23,334 nt of DNA, from NCBI GenBank assembly GCA_964554015.1, contig CAZKMO010000043.1:1-23334 (forward strand), read 5' to 3'. The position numbers were made by a program, and so were the translations under genes. The DNA is from an uncultured bacterium. Its GTDB lineage: Bacteria > Zhuqueibacterota > QNDG01 > CAYUAG01. The notes beneath the pieces were generated by a model. That model was not told the origin of the DNA, made no database searches, and saw nothing but the letters and a program-made list of their open reading frames with translations. Below, in pieces: positions 18,134 to 23,334 of the stretch (position 1 is its first letter; every line of letters starts with the position of its first letter).

Positions 18134-19582
18134 TTATGCGTCATAATAGAGTGAATATTCTCCCGGATGCGGCCTCAGCCTGATGTAATCAATCTCTTTT
18201 TCTCGTTTATAGTCAATCCAAGTCTGGATGAGATCTGGAGTAAAAACGCCGTCTCGAAGTAGAAATTCGTGGTCAGACTCAAGGGCATCGATTGCCTCAT
18301 CAAGAGATCCGGGTGTACTTCTGATGTCAGGTGCGTTTTCCTGGTGCATTAACTCATAAATATCAGCGTCAATATGAGGAGGCGGTTCGATTTTATTCAA
18401 TATACCATCCACACCTGCCAAAAGAATGGAAGAAAAGGCCAGATAAGGATTTGAGGTTCCATCCGGAGTTCTGAATTCGAGCCTTTTGGCTTTTTCACTG
18501 CCGGAATACATGGGAATACGCACACATGCACTCCGGTTACGCTGAGAATAAACCAGATTGATGGGGGCCTCAAAACCCGGAACCAGCCTGCGATAACTAT
18601 TGGTCGTAGGAGCACAAAATGCACATATTGCCGGGGCATGTTTTAATAAGCCTCCTATAAAATATGTTGCTGTTTCACTAATCTCCGCATATCCTTTAGG
18701 ATCATAAAAAAGATTCCTGCCGTCTTTCCATAAACTCACATGACAGTGCATGCCACTTCCATTATCCAGGAACAGAGGTTTTGGCATAAAGGTGACTGTT
18801 TTCTCATAACGATGTGCAACATTTCTGACAACATACTTATATTTCAGTACCTGATCACCTTGATTGACCATGGTATTAAATTTAATGCCAATTTCTGATT
18901 GTCCACCTGAGGCGACTTCATGATGATGAACTTCTGCTTCAACATCAACATCCATCAAAACACTGACAATCTTTGATCTAAGGTTCTGATAGCTATCTAC
19001 AGGGGGACTGGGGAAATATCCGCCTTTATTTCGTGGTTTATATCCAAGATTGGGTTTTTCTTTTCGTCCCGTATTCCAGGATCCCTCTTGGGAATCAATA
19101 TAATAAAAACCTTCATTGATTTTTTGATCATACCTTATATCATCAAAAATGAAAAATTCTAATTCAGGTCCAAAAAAGGCTTTATCCGCGATACCGTTGG
19201 CTTCCAAGAAAAGTTCTGCCCGTTCCGCAACAGCACGGGTATCACGTGAATAGATCTTCTGCGTTACTGGATCTTTGATATTGCATAAAAAAGAGACGGT
19301 TGGTTCATCCATAAACGGATCAATAAATAAAGTATCTAATGAAGGTCGAATTAACATGTCACTTTCATGGATGAGTTGAAATCCTCGGATAGAGGATCCG
19401 TCAAAGCCGATGCCGTTGATGAACATCTTTTCATCAAATTTTTCTATGGGTAGGGTAATATGCTGTAGACTGCCCAACAGGTCTGCAAATTTAAAATCGA
19501 CAAACCGAATCCCTTGATCTTGTATTACCTTATGCAAATCCCTTAGGGTAACTTTACCATTATTATCATATGCCATGCTCAT
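18134..19582 (-). CDS. glnA: Glutamine synthetase type I
   Basis: 482 aa. Conserved GS-I regions FDGSSI, GPELEFF and NGSGMHCH, plus the C-terminal catalytic region. Confidence 0.95.
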   Translation of the reverse strand: MSMAYDNNGKVTLRDLHKVIQDQGIRFVDFKFADLLGSLQHITLPIEKFDEKMFINGIGFDGSSIRGFQLIHESDMLIRPSLDTLFIDPFMDEPTVSFLCNIKDPVTQKIYSRDTRAVAERAELFLEANGIADKAFFGPELEFFIFDDIRYDQKINEGFYYIDSQEGSWNTGRKEKPNLGYKPRNKGGYFPSPPVDSYQNLRSKIVSVLMDVDVEAEVHHHEVASGGQSEIGIKFNTMVNQGDQVLKYKYVVRNVAHRYEKTVTFMPKPLFLDNGSGMHCHVSLWKDGRNLFYDPKGYAEISETATYFIGGLLKHAPAICAFCAPTTNSYRRLVPGFEAPINLVYSQRNRSACVRIPMYSGSEKAKRLEFRTPDGTSNPYLAFSSILLAGVDGILNKIEPPPHIDADIYELMHQENAPDIRSTPGSLDEAIDALESDHEFLLRDGVFTPDLIQTWIDYKREKEIDYIRLRPHPGEYSLYYDA

Positions 19583-19671
19583 AACAAACCCCTTGTTAAT
19601 ATACTCTTATTACTTTTAATTTCATTTAGCAACTATAACTGATATTATTGATTGTATCCTTATTAACTTTT

Positions 19672-20013
19672 CTATCCTATAGCCCTATTCCCTCGTTCAC
19701 CCGTCCTAATTCGTATACATTCCTGCAGGTCCGTAATAAAGATTTTTCCATCACCTACAGTATTGGTTCGCGCACCTTCTACGATAGCAGCAATTGTAGG
19801 TTCGACAAAATCTTCATTCACTGCAATTTCTAACCTCACCTTTTTTAGAAGGGTCACTTCATGTTCGACACCTCTGAATGTTTCCTGGTATCCCTTTTCT
19901 TCCCCGCATCCTAATACATTGCTTACCGTAATCTTATATACTTGTCGATCGTATAAACTTTTTTTCACAGCAGGTAATTGGTGCGGTTGTATAATAGCAA
20001 TAATAAGTTTCAT
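19672..20013 (-). CDS. glnB: P-II nitrogen regulatory protein (GlnB/GlnK family)
   Basis: 113 aa. [10 protein letters not shown]...[21 protein letters not shown]-loop [19 protein letters not shown], in which the canonical Tyr51 is replaced by His. Confidence 0.95.
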   Translation of the reverse strand: MKLIIAIIQPHQLPAVKKSLYDRQVYKITVSNVLGCGEEKGYQETFRGVEHEVTLLKKVRLEIAVNEDFVEPTIAAIVEGARTNTVGDGKIFITDLQECIRIRTGERGNRAIG

Positions 20014-20044
20014 GGTAAATACCTCTTTTTAATGATAATTTGAA

Positions 20045-21385
20045 CTATTCCGTAAGAAAAATTTGAAAACCACTGTATGATTCCATGCCATGTTCATTTA
20101 AATCAAGTCCTTGGAGTTCTTCTTTTTTAGAGACTCTAAGTCCTATCGTAGCATCAATTGTCTTAAAAACAATCCACATTGACACTACCACAAAAGCCAC
20201 AACTGAAAGAGCACCTAAAATTTGAATGCCGAGCTGCATGAATCCACCACCCCAAAAAAGACCATCCCTGGGGGCACCAAGTGCTGTTTGTCCAAACAGC
20301 CCAACCGCAATGGTTCCCCAAAAACCATTGATGCCATGCACAGCAACAGCACCTACAGGATCATCAATTTTCAACAGATCCAACCATCGAACTCCAAACA
20401 CACAGAGTATTCCACCCATAATCCCTATGGTAATAGCACAAAGCGGCGTTACCACAGCACAGGGGGCAGTAATGGCGACCAATCCCGCCAAAGCACCGTT
20501 CAAGGTTAAGGCGAGATCTGGTTTTCCGTATTTTGTCCAGGCAACAATCATCCCTCCCACAGCACCCGCAGCTGCCGCAACATTGGTATTGATAACAACC
20601 CGAGCTACCTGCTCCGGATCACCAAAACCAAGGGTTGAACCAGGATTGAATCCGAACCATCCCAGCCAGAGGATAAAAACTCCGAGTGCCACCAGGGGCA
20701 TATTGTGGCCAGCTATAAAATTTGGAGAACCATCATTATTAAATTTTCCAATTCGCGGTTTTAATATGACTGTTCCGATCAAGGCCGCAACTCCCCCTGT
20801 TGTATGAACCACTGTTGAACCGGCAAAATCATGAAAGTCCAAATCAGCCAACCAGCCACCACCCCAAATCCAGTGACCAATGATCGGATAAATAAAGGCT
20901 GAAATGATTATAGAATATAAAATATAAGCTGAAAATTTCATTCTCTCAGCCATACCGCCAGCAACGATTGTGGCTGCTGTTCCACAAAACGCTGCCTGAA
21001 ACATCCAAAAGGCATACAAGGGCAGACCTGGGTATGATTCGGCTCCAGCTAAAAACCAGCCTCTGGTACCGAATAATGGACCAGATCCGCCAAACATTAA
21101 GGCATACCCAAAAATGAAGAATCCAATCGATGCGATGCTGAAATCCATCATATTTTTCATTAAAATATTGGATGCGTTTTTTGCCCGAATCAAACCAGCT
21201 TCTACCATACCAAAACCTGCCTGCATGAAAAAAACCAGGAAAGAGGCTATAAGAACCCAGAGCGTATCCAAAGCATTGAAAGTATTGTTCCCTCCATCCT
21301 GGGCAATAAGTGGTGTGGTGAATAACAACACCAATCCTATGATAATACATATTCTTTTCATATTGACTCCCATAAATTTAATCAT
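20045..21385 (-). CDS. amt: Ammonium transporter (Amt/MEP family)
   Basis: 446 aa, about 11 TM, typical Amt signature regions. Signal peptide. The most likely start is the internal Met at 21361 (MKRICIIIGL...), which has GGGAG 5 nt upstream. The earlier ATGs at 21385 and 21373 have poor SD spacing. Confidence 0.95.
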   Translation of the reverse strand: MIKFMGVNMKRICIIIGLVLLFTTPLIAQDGGNNTFNALDTLWVLIASFLVFFMQAGFGMVEAGLIRAKNASNILMKNMMDFSIASIGFFIFGYALMFGGSGPLFGTRGWFLAGAESYPGLPLYAFWMFQAAFCGTAATIVAGGMAERMKFSAYILYSIIISAFIYPIIGHWIWGGGWLADLDFHDFAGSTVVHTTGGVAALIGTVILKPRIGKFNNDGSPNFIAGHNMPLVALGVFILWLGWFGFNPGSTLGFGDPEQVARVVINTNVAAAAGAVGGMIVAWTKYGKPDLALTLNGALAGLVAITAPCAVVTPLCAITIGIMGGILCVFGVRWLDLLKIDDPVGAVAVHGINGFWGTIAVGLFGQTALGAPRDGLFWGGGFMQLGIQILGALSVVAFVVVSMWIVFKTIDATIGLRVSKKEELQGLDLNEHGMESYSGFQIFLTE

Positions 21386-21400
21386 CTCCTGTCATGTACA

Positions 21401-22096
21401 TTAAAAGGTTAATGTGCAGGTTATATATAAACCATTATTCAATTCTTTTTCCGCCTGGATTATATAATGCCAGTTAACAGAAAGATAGTCAGTGATCGAC
21501 CTGATTACAGAAAGAGTCAGGGTACTGATGGCCTCTTCCTTTGGTGTCTTGAGATATCGACTTGTATAGGTTCCATAACCCCACGTAATACCCCAATTTA
21601 TACCTAGGGTTGCTATTCCTCCAGAAAATTCAAACCAGTAGTTCGAACTGCTGGGATCATTTTTCGTACTGGTCTGTTGGGGAACATAATACCCGGAAAA
21701 TGACAAGCAGTCATATCCAATTGAACCATTGATCTCGATTTCCCAGTCTGCATACTCATTATATTTTTTTAAGTCATAACTGTATACAGTTAATCCCACA
21801 GAACTTGACCAGCAGCCAGTTGGCAGATTCAGTGATAGAAAAGGATCTGTTTCCATGACCGTCCCATCACCGAAAATCACACTGGAATACCACATACCCA
21901 GAGAAATGATTCCATAGTCGACCCGGGAAGTGCCCTGGAGGGCATTCCCTTCAAACTGCTGAACACCTCTCCAATAATAAGAGGATGTGATTACTACCTC
22001 TCCCTTAAACCGGAGATCTTCCCCAGATACAAATCCTGATATTATATTCATAGAAAAAATAACAACCCCAATAATTGCTTTCCCTTTTTTATACAT
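21401..22096 (-). CDS. Putative outer-membrane beta-barrel (porin-like) protein, first gene of the amt-glnB-glnA operon
   Basis: 231 aa. Signal peptide, alternating aromatic and hydrophobic beta-strand pattern (GINWGITWGYGTY), C-terminal Phe (..TCTLTF). Only 15 bp from the amt start. Confidence 0.5.
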   Translation of the reverse strand: MYKKGKAIIGVVIFSMNIISGFVSGEDLRFKGEVVITSSYYWRGVQQFEGNALQGTSRVDYGIISLGMWYSSVIFGDGTVMETDPFLSLNLPTGCWSSSVGLTVYSYDLKKYNEYADWEIEINGSIGYDCLSFSGYYVPQQTSTKNDPSSSNYWFEFSGGIATLGINWGITWGYGTYTSRYLKTPKEEAISTLTLSVIRSITDYLSVNWHYIIQAEKELNNGLYITCTLTF

Positions 22097-22171
22097 AATA
22101 GTTCTGTTCCTTTTTCTTCAAATGAATATTTACTTCTTCAAATATTCTAATTAATTTTACTTGGGATTTAG

Positions 22172-22187
22172 GCAAACTCAATGCCAC
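22172..22187 (-). promoter_or_regulatory. Sigma-54 (-24/-12) promoter reading leftward into the porin-amt-glnB-glnA-flotillin operon
   Basis: The minus strand reads TGTGGCATTGAGTTTGCC, which is TGGCAT-N5-TTGC. The GG and GC are exactly 11 nt apart, as in the TGGCAC-N5-TTGCA consensus. The predicted TSS is near 22160, about 65 nt upstream of the porin ATG. A sigma-54 activator gene lies divergently. Confidence 0.55.
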
Positions 22188-22320
22188 ATAAGATGTTAGG
22201 ATCAGGACAAATGTATTTAATTTCTTATTTTGCAAATATATAGGGACGGTAAATTTTATTATTTGATTAATTAACTCTAAGTAATAATCAGACATTATTG
22301 TATTTATCACTCAAATTAGA

Positions 22321-22332
22321 TACAAAATTGTA
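22321..22332. promoter_or_regulatory. Palindrome TACAAAATTGTA (TACAA-N2-TTGTA), site 1. It lies about 135 bp upstream of the sigma-54 -24 element, the usual position of an activator binding site.
   Basis: Perfect 5-bp inverted arms. The same motif recurs at 22492 and 22522. Confidence 0.35.
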
Positions 22333-22491
22333 GCAAATGTGCTTATATAAATTTCCCTTTACTTCCAGACAAGGTATAATTTTATAAATAAATCAATAAT
22401 TGATTACTACCTAATAATTTACTAAAGGGAAGATGGAAATGTGAATAAGGTAAAAAATAATTAATGTTTAATTAAATGTTGACTTTTTCAT

Positions 22492-22503
22492 TACAATTTT
22501 GTA
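22492..22503. promoter_or_regulatory. Palindrome TACAATTTTGTA (TACAA-N2-TTGTA), site 2
   Basis: The reverse complement equals site 1. It lies 104-115 bp upstream of the activator ATG. Confidence 0.35.
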
Positions 22504-22521
22504 TCATTATTTATCATGATA

Positions 22522-22533
22522 TACAATTTTGTG
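22522..22533. promoter_or_regulatory. Palindrome TACAATTTTGTG, site 3 (one mismatch), 30 bp from site 2
   Basis: Same motif, three helical turns from site 2. Confidence 0.3.
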
Positions 22534-22606
22534 GTTATTCAGCCAAAAGCAGATGCAGTAGAATTGTAAAGCCTGAATCATAATTCACATAAAAAAGGAT
22601 AGAACT

Positions 22607-23334
22607 ATGGCAACAAATAATACCCTGACCTCTTCCAAAACAACCATGAAAAATCTTTCCATTCTCATTGAAATAAATCAGGCAGTCAGCCGCAATCCCG
22701 TGCTACAGGATTCTCTGCAAGCAACCTTACAAATTTTACAGAATGAATATAAGATAACCTCTGGTGCCGTGCTTCTAACCAACGAAGATGATAAATCACT
22801 TAAAATTATAACGAGCATAGGATATCGTATAGATAATGCCAAAAAAGAATATAAATTCGGGGAAGGTTTGACCGGTCGAGTAGCTGATACCGGTAAACCA
22901 ATTGTGGTTCCTCAGGTAAGCAAGGAACCTTTATTCCTGAACCGGCAAAGTTCCTGGGACCCAGATAAGGATAAAGAGCAAAGTTTCATTGGGATGCCCA
23001 TAAAGCTGGATTATAAAACCTTGGGTGTACTAGTTGTGTGCCTTATCTATAATCCCAAGCGGGATTTTAATAATACCCTTAAATTTTTAACCTTGGTCGC
23101 TTCAGCTCTCCTGCAGCCTATTCGGGTGGAGCATGTCATAAAAAGTGAAAGACAGAAACTTTTAGATGAGAATGTTTTTTTACGGCAAAAGTTGCAGGAT
23201 GAATTCAGTTTTCACAATATTATTGGCAACAGTCATGAGATGAGGGATGTTTACGAGCAAGTGACTCGAGTAGCACGGACCAATACCACTATACTCATTC
23301 GGGGAGAATCGGGAACCGGTAAGGAGTTGATTGC
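22607..23334 (+). CDS. Sigma-54-dependent transcriptional activator (bacterial enhancer-binding protein, bEBP) with an N-terminal GAF domain, NifA-like. It continues past the right window edge.
   Basis: I checked 242 codons with no stop. GAF-like [21 protein letters not shown]. AAA+ sigma-54 interaction domain begins [42 protein letters not shown] (Walker A). SD AAGGA upstream. Confidence 0.85.
   Translation, partial: [242 protein letters not shown]

Noticed and set aside
20222-20807. Pro/Ala-rich plus-strand ORFs (95 aa and 193 aa)
   Set aside because: They are antisense to the Amt transporter gene, whose glycine-rich codons read as Pro/Ala on the opposite strand.
22089-22310. 73-aa minus-strand ORF upstream of the porin gene
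   Set aside because: It overlaps the predicted sigma-54 promoter and 5' UTR in AT-rich DNA, with no RBS.

Overview
This 23.3-kb window is AT-rich with dense, mostly operonic gene packing, and is probably from a member of the Bacteroidota/FCB superphylum. I infer that from two proteins carrying the C-terminal sorting domain of the type IX secretion system (T9SS), plus sigma-54-dependent regulation. Gene content from left to right is as follows. (1) A minus-strand gene for a secreted protein with a T9SS C-terminal domain, whose C-terminus is cut by the window edge. Upstream of its start lies an array of four TTGCT-N6-AGCAA operator-like repeats. (2) A 1088-aa minus-strand protein fusing an N-terminal PHP phosphoesterase domain and a Cys4 zinc ribbon to a complete UvrD/PcrA-type SF1 helicase. 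(3) A possible small membrane protein. (4) A plus-strand block: a CDF metal transporter with an internally duplicated cytoplasmic C-terminal domain, followed 8 bp later by a 1305-aa gingipain-like C25 peptidase with a T9SS C-terminal domain. Then come a YigZ/IMPACT protein, a CNNM/TlyC-type DUF21-CBS-CorC transporter, a 65-aa eight-cysteine protein, a HAD phosphatase and an SDR oxidoreductase. (5) A 670-bp AT-rich spacer containing Shine-Dalgarno-preceded mini-ORFs (one ending KPP-stop), hairpins and short repeats, upstream of an EEP-family lipoprotein gene that ends in a bidirectional terminator. (6) A minus-strand nitrogen-assimilation operon: putative porin, Amt ammonium transporter, P-II, glutamine synthetase type I, and a translationally coupled flotillin/SPFH protein. 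It is preceded by a good sigma-54 promoter match (TGGCAT-N5-TTGC). A GAF-domain sigma-54 activator is encoded divergently and is cut by the right window edge. Three copies of a TACAA-N2-TTGTA palindrome lie in the divergent region. I found no rRNA, tRNA, CRISPR array, transposase or integrase. The most interesting items are the sigma-54 promoter with its divergent GAF activator and palindromic candidate binding sites, the PHP-helicase fusion, and the flotillin gene embedded in the glnA operon.
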